Below are positions 8,213 through 17,785 of a stretch of 64,000 nucleotides of DNA, in pieces; the first letter of the stretch is position 1; every line of letters begins with the position of its first letter. Made by a program: the position numbers and the translations under genes. Source of the stretch: Candidatus Micrarchaeota archaeon. Lineage in GTDB: Archaea; Micrarchaeota; Micrarchaeia; Micrarchaeales; CABMGC01. The notes beneath the pieces are model-generated. The model did not search any database and was not told the origin of the DNA. It was given only the letters and a program-made list of their open reading frames with translations. Location: NCBI GenBank assembly GCA_021827925.1, contig JAKATZ010000003.1, positions 16,567 through 80,566 on the forward strand. The letters are read 5' to 3'.

Positions 8213-9511
8213 TTAGTGGGTAAGCCCGATCTTCTGCATTGCCCTCTCCGGATTGTCGTAGTATTCCTTGCTGAATTCGTTTATCCCCCTGAGGTCGCGT
8301 ACACCCATTGAATTAAGTTTCTGCAGTATTCTGCCTCGCCTCTGTTCCTCGGCAACTATCTCTATGGCAGGCAGGCCTGCGAGCTTTGCAAGGGTATCCC
8401 TGTACGTAACGCTAGGCAGTATATCTGAGCTTTCTCCTGTCTTGTAATTATAGGAATAGAGATCCGAAAGAAGCACCTGCGTTTCTATTCCGGAAATCTC
8501 TGAGACCTGTGTTATCTTTCGCAGCTGCTGCCCCTTCTCGTTTGCCTGCGATATTATTATTATGGCGTCTATAAGGGGTATTATATCTTTCTCCACGTTC
8601 ATTGGTGTGTGTTGCAGTCTTGTGACCACGTCCCTGCTGGTGCTCGCGTGTATGGTCCCCATCGAGATCTTCCCTATATTCATCGCGGTCATCATGTCCT
8701 TGGCCTCTGCGCCCCTCACCTCACCGACTATGAGCATGTCTGGACGCATCCTCAGCGCGTTCTTGACAAGGTCCTGCACGGTTACATCTGAACTGGTCTC
8801 AAGCCGCACGCAGTTTTCCTGCGTTTCAGTATTTATCTCATAGGTCTCCTCTATCACTACTATGCGCTGTTCGGGCCTGAAGAAGCTAAACATTGCGTTA
8901 AGAAGCGTCGTCTTCCCGCTTGCGGGCATTCCCCCTATTATCAGGTTTGCAGGCCTCACCTTCAGTCCTTCAGCGTAGAGCCATAGCCTCCCTGCCATGT
9001 TGTAGCTCAGCTCCCTTTCGTTTATCAAGTCTATGATGCTGAGTGCCTTGCGCTTGAAATTCCTGACAGTGATGTCCGCCCCGAGTGGAGACTCTACTAT
9101 ATTTGCTCTTGATCCTGAAGGCATATGGACATCAAATATGTTCTGGTTCGCAACCTGTGACGTCGCATACATGCGCAGTTTCCGGACAAATTTCTCCAGC
9201 TCGTCCCTGCCGTTGATTTTTTCCCTTATCTTCATCTGTCCCCTCCCGGAAACATACACGAAGATGTTAGAAGTATTGTTTATCATTATGTCTTCTACGT
9301 TTTCATCGCTTAGGTACCTGTCTATCGGCTCGAATGATTTCGCATCCTTGACGAGCTGCTCAATCTCTTCTGTTGTTATTGACGGGTTTCTCGCCTTTGC
9401 TGCCTTGCTTATTCTGTACCGCAGCTCCTGGTCGGATAGAGAACCTCCCAGCTGGCCTTCCAGCTCCTCAAACACGGGCCGTTCAGTCTCATAAAAAGAA
9501 TCGTTGTCCAT
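8213..9511 (-). CDS. type II/IV secretion-family ATPase (FlaI/PilB/VirB11-like)
   Basis: 432 aa. Walker A 'GGMPASGKTT', Walker B-like 'PDMLIVGEVRG', His-box region 'GTIHAS'. No adjacent FlaJ/PilC-type membrane platform gene. Confidence 0.8.
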   Translation of the reverse strand: MDNDSFYETERPVFEELEGQLGGSLSDQELRYRISKAAKARNPSITTEEIEQLVKDAKSFEPIDRYLSDENVEDIMINNTSNIFVYVSGRGQMKIREKINGRDELEKFVRKLRMYATSQVANQNIFDVHMPSGSRANIVESPLGADITVRNFKRKALSIIDLINERELSYNMAGRLWLYAEGLKVRPANLIIGGMPASGKTTLLNAMFSFFRPEQRIVVIEETYEINTETQENCVRLETSSDVTVQDLVKNALRMRPDMLIVGEVRGAEAKDMMTAMNIGKISMGTIHASTSRDVVTRLQHTPMNVEKDIIPLIDAIIIISQANEKGQQLRKITQVSEISGIETQVLLSDLYSYNYKTGESSDILPSVTYRDTLAKLAGLPAIEIVAEEQRRGRILQKLNSMGVRDLRGINEFSKEYYDNPERAMQKIGLTH

Positions 9512-9604
9512 TTAGCTCCGCCGTGCACCAAAGGTTGCCTTGGCTTACAAATACTACATATCAATCTTTTTAGCTTTTGCGAATGAAGGTAAGAGTGTGG
9601 GTTC

Positions 9605-11344
9605 ATGGAATCGCTTAGCTATGACATCGTGATATTGGGAAGCGGCATAGCCGGATTCACTGCGGCGCTGCATGCTGCGAGGTCTAAAGCAAAGCCAAGG
9701 ATTGCAGTGATATCGAAAATGCACGCCATGAGGAGCCACTCTGTTTCTGCGGAGGGAGGCATATCTGGGGTTTTATATCCGAAAATAAAGAAAGATACTG
9801 AGGATCTGCATGCGTACGACACGATAAAAGGCTCGGACTACCTTGCAGATCAGGATGCCGTTGAGATCCTGGTGAAGAACGCACCTTCGGAGATAAAATT
9901 CTTCGAACACATAGGGGTCCCATGGAACCGAGACGAGAAGGGAACTGTGCAGCAGCGGCCGTTCGGTGGCATGAGCATACCGAGGACCGCTTTCGCTGCG
10001 GACAAGACGGGCTTCTTCATGATGAGGGCATTATACGACCAGGCGCTTGCTGTTGAGAACATCGAGATATTCCATGAGCACCTGGCAACAGCGATCGTGC
10101 TTGACAAAGGAAGGTTCGCGGCGCTGCCTACAATCGACATTGCAACAGGAGAGCAGAGAATATTCAGATCTCGCGCCTGCATAATAGCGACAGGCGGATT
10201 CTCAAGGGTATTCGGATTTACTACAACTGCATATTCGAGCACGGGAGATGGTACTGCCCTGGCATACAGGGCAGGGATCCCATTGAAGGACATGGAATTC
10301 GTCCAATTTCATCCCACGGCACTTATACCAAGCGGCATACTCATAACCGAAGCGGCCAGGGGAGAGGGAGGATACCTGTTCAATGCGAAGGGAGAACGGT
10401 TCATGGAGAGATATGCGAAGAACAAGATGGAGCTGGCCCCCAGGGACATAATATCTAAGGCGATAATCAGTGAAATAGAAAAAGGGAGGGGTTTCCCGGA
10501 TAAAGAATACGGATACAGCTATGTGCATCTTGACCTGAGGCATCTGGATCGCAGGGTGATAGACGAGAAACTGCCGATGATAAAAGAAATAACGATAAAA
10601 ATGCTAGGGATAGATCCAGGCGATGAACCGATACCCGTGAGGCCCGCTGCACATTTCACAATGGGAGGTATACATACGGACATAAAAGGCAGGATTCTAT
10701 CGCAGGAAGGAAGACCTTTCGGTGGGCTCTGGGCTGCTGGCGAATGCGGCTGTGTCAGTGTGCATGGAGCGAATAGACTAGGCAGCAACTCATTGAGCCA
10801 ATGCTCGGTTTGGGGCAGGATAACAGGGGAAGCTGCAGCAGATTACGCATCCAAAGAAGGCCGCCCTGCCGAAAGCGAGGAGATTGTACGCAAAATTGAT
10901 GAGGAAGAAAGGAGAATATCGGGCATTCTCGAGAGCGATGGAAGCAACAACCCCTACGAGATAAAAAAGATGCTCAACAAAACTATGGACAGCAGGATGT
11001 ACGTGTACCGAAGGGTGCCGGAAATGAGAAAGGCCATTGCTGAGATCTCGCGCCTGAAGAAAGAATTCAATGATATCTACCTTGAGGACAGGGGAAGGCG
11101 GTTCAATACTAACCTCAGGGATGTGCTTGAGATAGGCAACCTGCTGGAACTTGCCGCGGCTGTTGCAGAATCTGCGGTGCGCAGAAAAGAGAGCCGTGGC
11201 GCACATTCAATGGTTGAATATCCGAAGAGGGATGACAAGCACTGGCTAAAGCACACTTTGATATCAGCGAATGAAGGGAAGATCAGAATATCATATCTGC
11301 CGGTTACGCTTGGGGGATGGAAGCCAGAGGAGAGGAAATATTGA
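9605..11344 (+). CDS. sdhA: succinate dehydrogenase/fumarate reductase flavoprotein subunit
   Basis: 579 aa. N-terminal FAD fold 'DIVILGSGIAGFTAA', 'HSVSAEGG' (covalent-FAD His region), 'HPTAL', 'GGLWAAGECGCVSVHGANRLGSNSL'. Confidence 0.9.
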   Translation: MESLSYDIVILGSGIAGFTAALHAARSKAKPRIAVISKMHAMRSHSVSAEGGISGVLYPKIKKDTEDLHAYDTIKGSDYLADQDAVEILVKNAPSEIKFFEHIGVPWNRDEKGTVQQRPFGGMSIPRTAFAADKTGFFMMRALYDQALAVENIEIFHEHLATAIVLDKGRFAALPTIDIATGEQRIFRSRACIIATGGFSRVFGFTTTAYSSTGDGTALAYRAGIPLKDMEFVQFHPTALIPSGILITEAARGEGGYLFNAKGERFMERYAKNKMELAPRDIISKAIISEIEKGRGFPDKEYGYSYVHLDLRHLDRRVIDEKLPMIKEITIKMLGIDPGDEPIPVRPAAHFTMGGIHTDIKGRILSQEGRPFGGLWAAGECGCVSVHGANRLGSNSLSQCSVWGRITGEAAADYASKEGRPAESEEIVRKIDEEERRISGILESDGSNNPYEIKKMLNKTMDSRMYVYRRVPEMRKAIAEISRLKKEFNDIYLEDRGRRFNTNLRDVLEIGNLLELAAAVAESAVRRKESRGAHSMVEYPKRDDKHWLKHTLISANEGKIRISYLPVTLGGWKPEERKY

Positions 11345-11353
11345 GGGGAGTTT

Positions 11354-11767
11354 TTGGACAAGGAAGTTTTTGACCTTAGGGGCATGCAAGAGAGCATATT
11401 GCGCCTTTACCGTTTCGACAAAGGGGCCTTTTTGCACATGCTTTTCTACAGGATCGCAGTCTTTGTCGCCATTGCCGCAGGGCTGCTCATAGCTGCAGAT
11501 ACCGTAACGCTGCATCACCTTGCATACTACACTAAGCTGCTGGTTGCGCTGTCTTGGATTCTGTTCACGCCGCAGTTATTCGCGGTATTTGTTGCATTCT
11601 CAGTTATGAGAAGCAGAGAGGTTGCCTTCGGCCATCTGAACAGCTCATTTCTGAGCGCAGAAGTTGAGAAGAGGCGGAGCCAGAACGTATACAAGGCCTT
11701 ACCGTACATTGCGATCGCAGTCTGGATGGCAGGATTTGTCATGCTTATTGCAGGATGGTTATCATGA
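11354..11767 (+). CDS. putative SdhC-like membrane anchor (3 TM, His-containing)
   Basis: 137-aa ORF (TTG start in the track; internal ATG at MQESIL) between sdhA and sdhB. Three hydrophobic helices with His residues ('FLHMLFY', 'TLHHLAYY'). Assignment rests on position and topology only. Confidence 0.5.
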   Translation: MDKEVFDLRGMQESILRLYRFDKGAFLHMLFYRIAVFVAIAAGLLIAADTVTLHHLAYYTKLLVALSWILFTPQLFAVFVAFSVMRSREVAFGHLNSSFLSAEVEKRRSQNVYKALPYIAIAVWMAGFVMLIAGWLS

Positions 11768-12759
11768 GAGCATCGAGATACATATTATTCATGTACGCGG
11801 CGATGATACTGACTCCGGCAGCATTGTTTGGGTACGCTCTGACAGGAATGCTTGGATATACGGGGATGCAACTCGTCTTCCAGGTGTTGCTCGTTCCATT
11901 CTTCCTGGCTTTTGGCATACTCAGCTACATCGAAGTATATGCACACAGAGGGGCATCGGTTCCAAGATCGTTTTATAAGATTACAACAACAGGGAGAAGA
12001 AAGGAACAGACTTCCAGAGTTGGAAATGAAGTCATGTTGAATATCAAGAGGTTCAACCATGATGCGAAACACTTTGAGGAGAGCAGTCATAGCGTAAAGG
12101 TAAGTAGATTCACCACTGTACTTGACGCTCTTCTTGATATCAAAGAAAGGCAGGACGGCACGCTTGCCATGAGATATAGCTGCAGAATGGGCATATGCGG
12201 GTCTTGTGCCATGGTGGTCAATGGAAAACCAGTCCTTGCATGCGAAACGAGTGCGGCAAAATCCGCAGTGGATAACCGCATAGAAGTAGGGCCAATGCAG
12301 GCTCATCCGATGCTCAGGGATTTGGTAACCGATTTTGACGATTTCTTCGGCAAGCATTCCTCCCTGGATCCGCACCTCTACAGGAAGGATGAGAAAGAAC
12401 AATGGAGAGCAAAGGAGCTCTATAAGCAAACCCACGAGGAGGTGAACAGATTTCTACCGTATTCATACTGTATAATGTGCGGGCTATGCATGGACGCATG
12501 CCCGGTCGTGAATTCAAATCCGGAGTTCGTAGGCCCGCAGGCGCTTTCACAGGCGTATAGATACCACAAGGACTCGAGAGACCAGATGAAGGGGAGGCTC
12601 ACGGCAATTGACAAGATAACTGGCGCATGGGGATGCGAATTCGCAGGCGCATGCTCGGAAGTATGCCCCAAGGGAGTGGATCCCGCCTCTGCAATACAGC
12701 TGCTGAAAGCGGAGGTATTCGAAGACAGCATCAAAACGGTTGGTAAGAATGATGCATAG
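11764..12759 (+). CDS. sdhB: succinate dehydrogenase iron-sulfur subunit with N-terminal 2-TM SdhD-like extension (in-frame fusion)
   Basis: ATG at 11764 overlaps the upstream TGA (ATGA). The first roughly 90 aa hold two TM helices ('YILFMYAAMILTPAALFGYALTGML', 'LVFQVLLVPFFLAFGILSYIEVY'). A canonical SdhB follows: 'CRMGICGSCAMVVNGKPVLAC' (2Fe-2S), 'CIMCGLCMDACP', 'CEFAGACSEVCPKG'. There is no stop codon between the anchor part and the SdhB core. Confidence 0.85.
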   Translation: MRASRYILFMYAAMILTPAALFGYALTGMLGYTGMQLVFQVLLVPFFLAFGILSYIEVYAHRGASVPRSFYKITTTGRRKEQTSRVGNEVMLNIKRFNHDAKHFEESSHSVKVSRFTTVLDALLDIKERQDGTLAMRYSCRMGICGSCAMVVNGKPVLACETSAAKSAVDNRIEVGPMQAHPMLRDLVTDFDDFFGKHSSLDPHLYRKDEKEQWRAKELYKQTHEEVNRFLPYSYCIMCGLCMDACPVVNSNPEFVGPQALSQAYRYHKDSRDQMKGRLTAIDKITGAWGCEFAGACSEVCPKGVDPASAIQLLKAEVFEDSIKTVGKNDA

Positions 12760-14125
12760 AAAAGAGACGGATGTTCTTGGAACAGTGGAAGTTCCTGAAA
12801 ATGCATATTATGGCTCCGAGACGGAAAGGGCTGTGGAAAATTTCAGGATATCAGGATTGCGAATTCAGGAAGGATTTATCTCTGCTTATGCCTTGCTGAA
12901 GCGCGCGGCTGCGGAGGCGAACATGAAGGCAGGATCGCTTGATAAGAAGAAAGGCCGTATGATAATAAGATCCGCAGACGAGGTAATGTCAGGTAAACTG
13001 CGCGATCAGTTTGTTATAGATGTATTCCAGGCAGGGGCAGGCACAAGCACAAACATGAATGTGAATGAGGTCATAGCAAACAGGGCCATAGAGTTGCTTG
13101 GAGGGAAAAAGGGAGAGTACGAGATTGTACACCCTAACGATCACGTGAACATGTCGCAGTCGACAAATGATACATACCATACAGTGATGAGGATCGCCGC
13201 ACATACCTCTGCGAAGAACTTGCTTCATGCCATGTGGAAGCTCTCATCAAGGCTAGGGGAGAAGGCGCTGGTTTTCAGAGATATCATAAAAGTAGGCAGA
13301 ACTCATCTCCAGGATGCCGTTCCGATGAAACTCGGGCAGGAATTCTCTGGATACAATGGGATGGTGATCGAAGCTATAGAAACGCTTGAACATGCGATGG
13401 ACGCACTTTTGGAGGTGCCGATAGGAGGCACCGCCCTTGGCACAGGGATGAACGCAAGCAGGGGATACAAAGAGGACATATTGAAGGAGATACGCAAAGG
13501 AACAGGGGAGAAGTTCCGTGCCTCTAAGCATATTTTTGCGGATATGCAGGGCCAAGTAGCGGAACTCAGGCTTAACGGAGCACTTGAGACCATAGCAATA
13601 TCTGTTAACAAGATAGCCAACGACTTCAGGATACTTGGGTCTGGGCCCAGGGCTGGAATCGGAGAACTTCTCCTTCCAGAGGTACAGCCAGGATCTTCCA
13701 TTATGCCAGGTAAGATTAATCCGAGCATGGCGGAGATGCTGAACATGGTCTGCTTCCAAGTCATGGGAAACTGCGCAACGGTTAAAGAGGCGGCAAACGC
13801 AGGGCAACTCGAGCTTAATGTATTTATGCCGGTAATTGCCTACAACCTGCTCTTCTCGATGGGCATACTTACTAATGGAATTACTGCATTCTCTGAAAAG
13901 TGCGTTAGGGGAGTTAAGGCGGAGCATGAAACGATAAGAAGGCATTTGGAGATGGACCTTTCGATGGCAACTGCCCTTGCGCCACACATAGGGTACAGTA
14001 AGGCTGCAGAAATAGCAAGGAAGGCCTATGATGAAGGCAAAAGTGTGAAAGAGGTTTGCATGAATATGAAGATAATGGACAGGGAAACGCTTGATAGGAT
14101 CCTTGACCCGAAGAATAATGTATGA
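12749..14125 (+). CDS. fumC: class II fumarate hydratase
   Basis: About 458 aa. 'GSSIMPGKINP' signature, 'TNMNVNEVIANRA', 'QSTNDTYHT'. The start overlaps the sdhB stop (12757-12759). Aspartase is the alternative family member, but the sdh context favours fumarase. Confidence 0.85.
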   Translation: MMHRKETDVLGTVEVPENAYYGSETERAVENFRISGLRIQEGFISAYALLKRAAAEANMKAGSLDKKKGRMIIRSADEVMSGKLRDQFVIDVFQAGAGTSTNMNVNEVIANRAIELLGGKKGEYEIVHPNDHVNMSQSTNDTYHTVMRIAAHTSAKNLLHAMWKLSSRLGEKALVFRDIIKVGRTHLQDAVPMKLGQEFSGYNGMVIEAIETLEHAMDALLEVPIGGTALGTGMNASRGYKEDILKEIRKGTGEKFRASKHIFADMQGQVAELRLNGALETIAISVNKIANDFRILGSGPRAGIGELLLPEVQPGSSIMPGKINPSMAEMLNMVCFQVMGNCATVKEAANAGQLELNVFMPVIAYNLLFSMGILTNGITAFSEKCVRGVKAEHETIRRHLEMDLSMATALAPHIGYSKAAEIARKAYDEGKSVKEVCMNMKIMDRETLDRILDPKNNV

Positions 14126-14146
14126 GCAGGATTATTGCGCGATTTT

Positions 14147-15061
14147 ATGGAATTTGCAGAGAAAGAAGCGGGCATACTAGTGCGCAAACTCCTAGGAGTG
14201 GGGCATACGGCCTTAGTTTCAAAGGGCAGCGGTGCAAAGGACCTTGTGCATACAGGTGCTGATATTGCAACTGTGGGAGATGAAGTGGTAGGCGATGCCG
14301 TAATTGAGGCGCTGCGGAAAGAGGAGAGAAGGTTTGCAGTTTATACCGAAGAGAAGGGCAAAATCGACGTTCCGGAGGGTGAGTACACGGTAATTATAGA
14401 TGATATAGACGGAACGCTGAATTTCAAGACAGGAAGGGGAATGATGCCGCACGGAACGGTAATCGGAGTATTCGAAGGTACTTTGCCAAGATTCGAAGAC
14501 TGCATCGCAGCAGGATTTCTCGAGTTCAACAGCGGAAACCTCTTCTATGCCGAGAGAGGCCGCGGCAGTTTCATCGTCACTGGTTTTACTAATGGCAATA
14601 CAGAAGAAGAGCGTATCAGAACATCCGAAAGGAAAAGAATTGAGGGAGATTTTCCGCTGAAGATATCCTACGACATGGTTGCCCTTGGTACATTGGGTCC
14701 GGAGATAGTGCAGAGCATGGGTACGTTCCAGTGGCCTTATGACGCAAGATCCAAGGCTTTGCACATTGCACAGATAGCGGCTGGAGATGCTGATGCGCTG
14801 GTGACTGCAGATAATGTGTACGGAGGAAGGAAGAGGATTGGGCCCGAGGAGATAGGGCCGCTTTATCTGCTGGTCAAAGAAGCAGGAGGCCATGTTACAA
14901 GATGGGACGGTAAAGATATAGGAGAAGAAAGAATAATATTCACGCCTGGAAAGACACCTGACGTGATTGTTTCAGCAACGAGGAGCCTCTGTCAGGACAT
15001 AAGCAAAAGATTATATGAACTCCAAGAGGTCTCCGAGTACCTGAGATCCAAGAACATATGA
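14147..15061 (+). CDS. inositol monophosphatase/fructose-1,6-bisphosphatase family protein
   Basis: 'IIDDIDGTLNF' metal-binding motif (DPIDGT-like) and 'EEKG' upstream. ATG at 14147 is preferred over the TTG at 14135. Confidence 0.7.
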   Translation: MEFAEKEAGILVRKLLGVGHTALVSKGSGAKDLVHTGADIATVGDEVVGDAVIEALRKEERRFAVYTEEKGKIDVPEGEYTVIIDDIDGTLNFKTGRGMMPHGTVIGVFEGTLPRFEDCIAAGFLEFNSGNLFYAERGRGSFIVTGFTNGNTEEERIRTSERKRIEGDFPLKISYDMVALGTLGPEIVQSMGTFQWPYDARSKALHIAQIAAGDADALVTADNVYGGRKRIGPEEIGPLYLLVKEAGGHVTRWDGKDIGEERIIFTPGKTPDVIVSATRSLCQDISKRLYELQEVSEYLRSKNI

Positions 15062-15069
15062 GACAGCAG

Positions 15070-16317
15070 TCAGTTGTTAGGCACGATGTTGCCCACTATG
15101 AATTCGGGATCGTACGCCATCAGATCCGAATAGCCTTCACCGGTCCCGAAGTATAGCACCGGCACTTCAGTTTCACCGAGTATGGAGAGAGTATTGCCGC
15201 CTTTGGCATCACAATCAAGTTTAGTAAGTATTACACCATCAAGACCCACAGCGGCATTGAATTCACTGACCTGCGAAAGAAGGGAATTTCCGGTTATGCT
15301 CTCTCCGACAAATATCTTAAGATTAGGCTTCGTTACACGCACCATTTTCTTGACTTCCTCCATGAGGCTCTTGTTCGTTTCCTGCCTGCCTGCGCTGTCT
15401 ATTAGCACTACATCTATGCCATGCGCCTTTGCATGGGAGATTGCATCAAAGGCTACGCTTGCCGGATCAGCCCCGTATCTGCCCTTTATTACGCCTATGC
15501 CGAGCCTTTCAGCGTGATACGCAGTCTGCTCTATTGCGGCTGCGCGGAATGTATCGCTGGCTGATAGTACGCAGGACAGACCACCGCCAAGCATCAGCTT
15601 GGCTACCTTTGCCATGGTAGTCGTCTTGCCGGCTCCGTTTGGACCTATGAAGAGTATCTTGAATGGGCCTTCGCCCCCATGTATTGAGGCTTTTGCCATT
15701 TCTACTATGTCTGTGCCGGCCCTCTTACCGAGCACTGAGAGCAATGATGATCTTATTGCGGCGGCTATCTCCTCTTCGGCCCCACTTGAACCGACCTCCT
15801 TTCCTACAAGACTTTCGCGCATACGAGCCATTATCTTCTCTGCAACATCGTAATTCACGTCAGACTGAAGCAGAGAAGAATTCAGTTCTTCCATGAAAGG
15901 CGAGATGTCATTCTCAGTTATCCGCACCTTCCCGAAGATGATCCCCTTTATCCGGGTCTTGGCAGTCACTTTAGGGGCATTGGGCCTCTCTCTCGCCGCG
16001 TTAGTTGTCCTTTCTTCTTTCGCAGGGCTTTTGGCATCCGTATCTTTTGCAAACTCAGATTCCCTTGCTATCTCCGCGGTTTTTGTTATTGGCTCTTCTT
16101 TCTTTGAATTGGAGCTGTAGCCCATTTCAAGCTCTTTTAGAGACACGGGCTTGTCAGGAGTGGTTTCCGCTACTTTAGGATTGCCCGCCTTCGAAGCTTC
16201 TTCTGCAGGCGCTGTAGGATGCGATTCCTTTTCTGAAGCCTCCTCGGCTTTCTCTTCCTCCTTTTTGCCCAGCGAGCCTATGAAGGAGGAAAACTTTTTC
16301 TTCAGGCCTTCGAACAT
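15070..16317 (-). CDS. ftsY: signal recognition particle receptor FtsY
   Basis: 415 aa. Long charged N-terminal A-region, then an NG domain with 'GPNGAGKTTT', 'DSAGRQ', 'TKLD'. Confidence 0.9.
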   Translation of the reverse strand: MFEGLKKKFSSFIGSLGKKEEEKAEEASEKESHPTAPAEEASKAGNPKVAETTPDKPVSLKELEMGYSSNSKKEEPITKTAEIARESEFAKDTDAKSPAKEERTTNAARERPNAPKVTAKTRIKGIIFGKVRITENDISPFMEELNSSLLQSDVNYDVAEKIMARMRESLVGKEVGSSGAEEEIAAAIRSSLLSVLGKRAGTDIVEMAKASIHGGEGPFKILFIGPNGAGKTTTMAKVAKLMLGGGLSCVLSASDTFRAAAIEQTAYHAERLGIGVIKGRYGADPASVAFDAISHAKAHGIDVVLIDSAGRQETNKSLMEEVKKMVRVTKPNLKIFVGESITGNSLLSQVSEFNAAVGLDGVILTKLDCDAKGGNTLSILGETEVPVLYFGTGEGYSDLMAYDPEFIVGNIVPNN

Positions 16318-16324
16318 CGGACCT

Positions 16325-16756
16325 CTACCTCTGCCGCACGGATGAGAGCTTATAGGAGATGTCCATCAGCTCCTTTTCTACTTTCTGCTTGTCAGAAATC
16401 AGCTTGCGCAGCCCTTCCTCACTTCTTCTCTCGTTGGACTTAGCGAATTCTTTTGCCTCTTCGAGGCTCTTCTCCACAAGATATCCTGCACCGACGTAGG
16501 CGATCACTTTTTCCATGATCCCTACACCTGCTTCAAAATACATCCCAGCCTCGCCGTTTACAAGTATCTTTGAGTTGCTCAGACGGGAGGTGTTTTCAAT
16601 GAGCTCTGAATTCCTGCGCATGGAGTTGAGAGCCAGTGAGTACGTTGCTATCTCGTTTTCCAGGAATTCATACTGCTGCGAATAGATATTCTGCAGGTAC
16701 CGGAGCTGGGCTACAGCTTCCTCTGCCTCTTTGTTAGTGGGAGCGCTCTCTGCCAT
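16325..16756 (-). CDS. pfdA: prefoldin alpha subunit
   Basis: 143 aa. Coiled-coil / beta-hairpin / coiled-coil layout. Conserved archaeal position upstream of ftsY. Confidence 0.7.
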   Translation of the reverse strand: MAESAPTNKEAEEAVAQLRYLQNIYSQQYEFLENEIATYSLALNSMRRNSELIENTSRLSNSKILVNGEAGMYFEAGVGIMEKVIAYVGAGYLVEKSLEEAKEFAKSNERRSEEGLRKLISDKQKVEKELMDISYKLSSVRQR

Positions 16757-16787
16757 ATTACCGCACTAGATATCGCATCGCTGCTTT

Positions 16788-17735
16788 TTATACCTTGGCG
16801 TGGCTTGCGTGGCTTGAGAGCCTGCGCAGTGCAGTAGGTATGCTATCCACGATGTCGCTTGCAATGATATGGTTCCCCATTCTTCTGTACAGCATATCCC
16901 CTATCTTAGAATGCAGATAAACCCCTGCGATGGCAGCAGAGAAAGCATCGGAGCCTATCGCAAGGAATCCTCCGATAATGCCCGACAGCACATCCCCAGT
17001 TCCCATAGTTGCAAGCACAGCGGATCTTGACCTATTCAGCTTTATCCTAGTCCCGTCTGTTATCAGGGTATGGTGACCTTTGAGTACGATTACAGCTCCG
17101 AACTTTTGGGCCGTCTCTAACGCAGCATTGGCTCTGACCTCAAGATCATCCTTAGGCAGTGAAATTCCTGAAAGTGCCTTGAATTCATGGTCATGTGGAG
17201 TGAATATGCAATCAGGATAAAGCTTCCTTGCCGATGCCGCCGCGTATATCGCGTCAGCGTCTATAACGGCCTTCTTCCCAAGTTCTATGCACTTTTTAAT
17301 CACAAGGCCTGCCGCTTCGGATGTACTCCTCCTCCTTCCCATTCCCGGACCTATTATCACAGCGTCCGCCCTCGCTATCTCTTGGGCAATGAACGGAACT
17401 GCTGACTTCGGTATGAAATCTTTGCCTGCAGGCTTGACAACCAAATTCGGAGACGCACTTCTTGCCGGCGCTAGTATGCTGCGCGGCAGTATGAGTTCTG
17501 CGTATCCCGCACCTATGCGCAGCGATGCGAGTAGGTCATTCGCAGCGTTGGCGGCAAGAAGAGGGGCCCCGTGGTACTCATTGCTGCCGCCTATCAGTAC
17601 AACTGTTCCGTTCTCCCTTTTGTCCGAAAGAGGGTTACGCTTGCGCATTGCCTTCAGAAGGTCGCTGCTCCTTGTGCATGCGATTCTTTTCGCATGTTTT
17701 CCGCCTATAGATACATTTAAATCTTGATTCCCCAT
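16788..17735 (-). CDS. ADP/ATP-dependent NAD(P)H-hydrate dehydratase (YjeF C-terminal/carbohydrate-kinase fold)
   Basis: 315 aa. 'LIGGSNEYHGAPLLAANAA' and 'TMGTGDVLSGIIGGF' motifs. Confidence 0.75.
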   Translation of the reverse strand: MGNQDLNVSIGGKHAKRIACTRSSDLLKAMRKRNPLSDKRENGTVVLIGGSNEYHGAPLLAANAANDLLASLRIGAGYAELILPRSILAPARSASPNLVVKPAGKDFIPKSAVPFIAQEIARADAVIIGPGMGRRRSTSEAAGLVIKKCIELGKKAVIDADAIYAAASARKLYPDCIFTPHDHEFKALSGISLPKDDLEVRANAALETAQKFGAVIVLKGHHTLITDGTRIKLNRSRSAVLATMGTGDVLSGIIGGFLAIGSDAFSAAIAGVYLHSKIGDMLYRRMGNHIIASDIVDSIPTALRRLSSHASHAKV

Positions 17736-17785
17736 ATAGTCTTACTACTGAGAATGCTTTTAATAAACAGTGGTTTGGGATAGTG

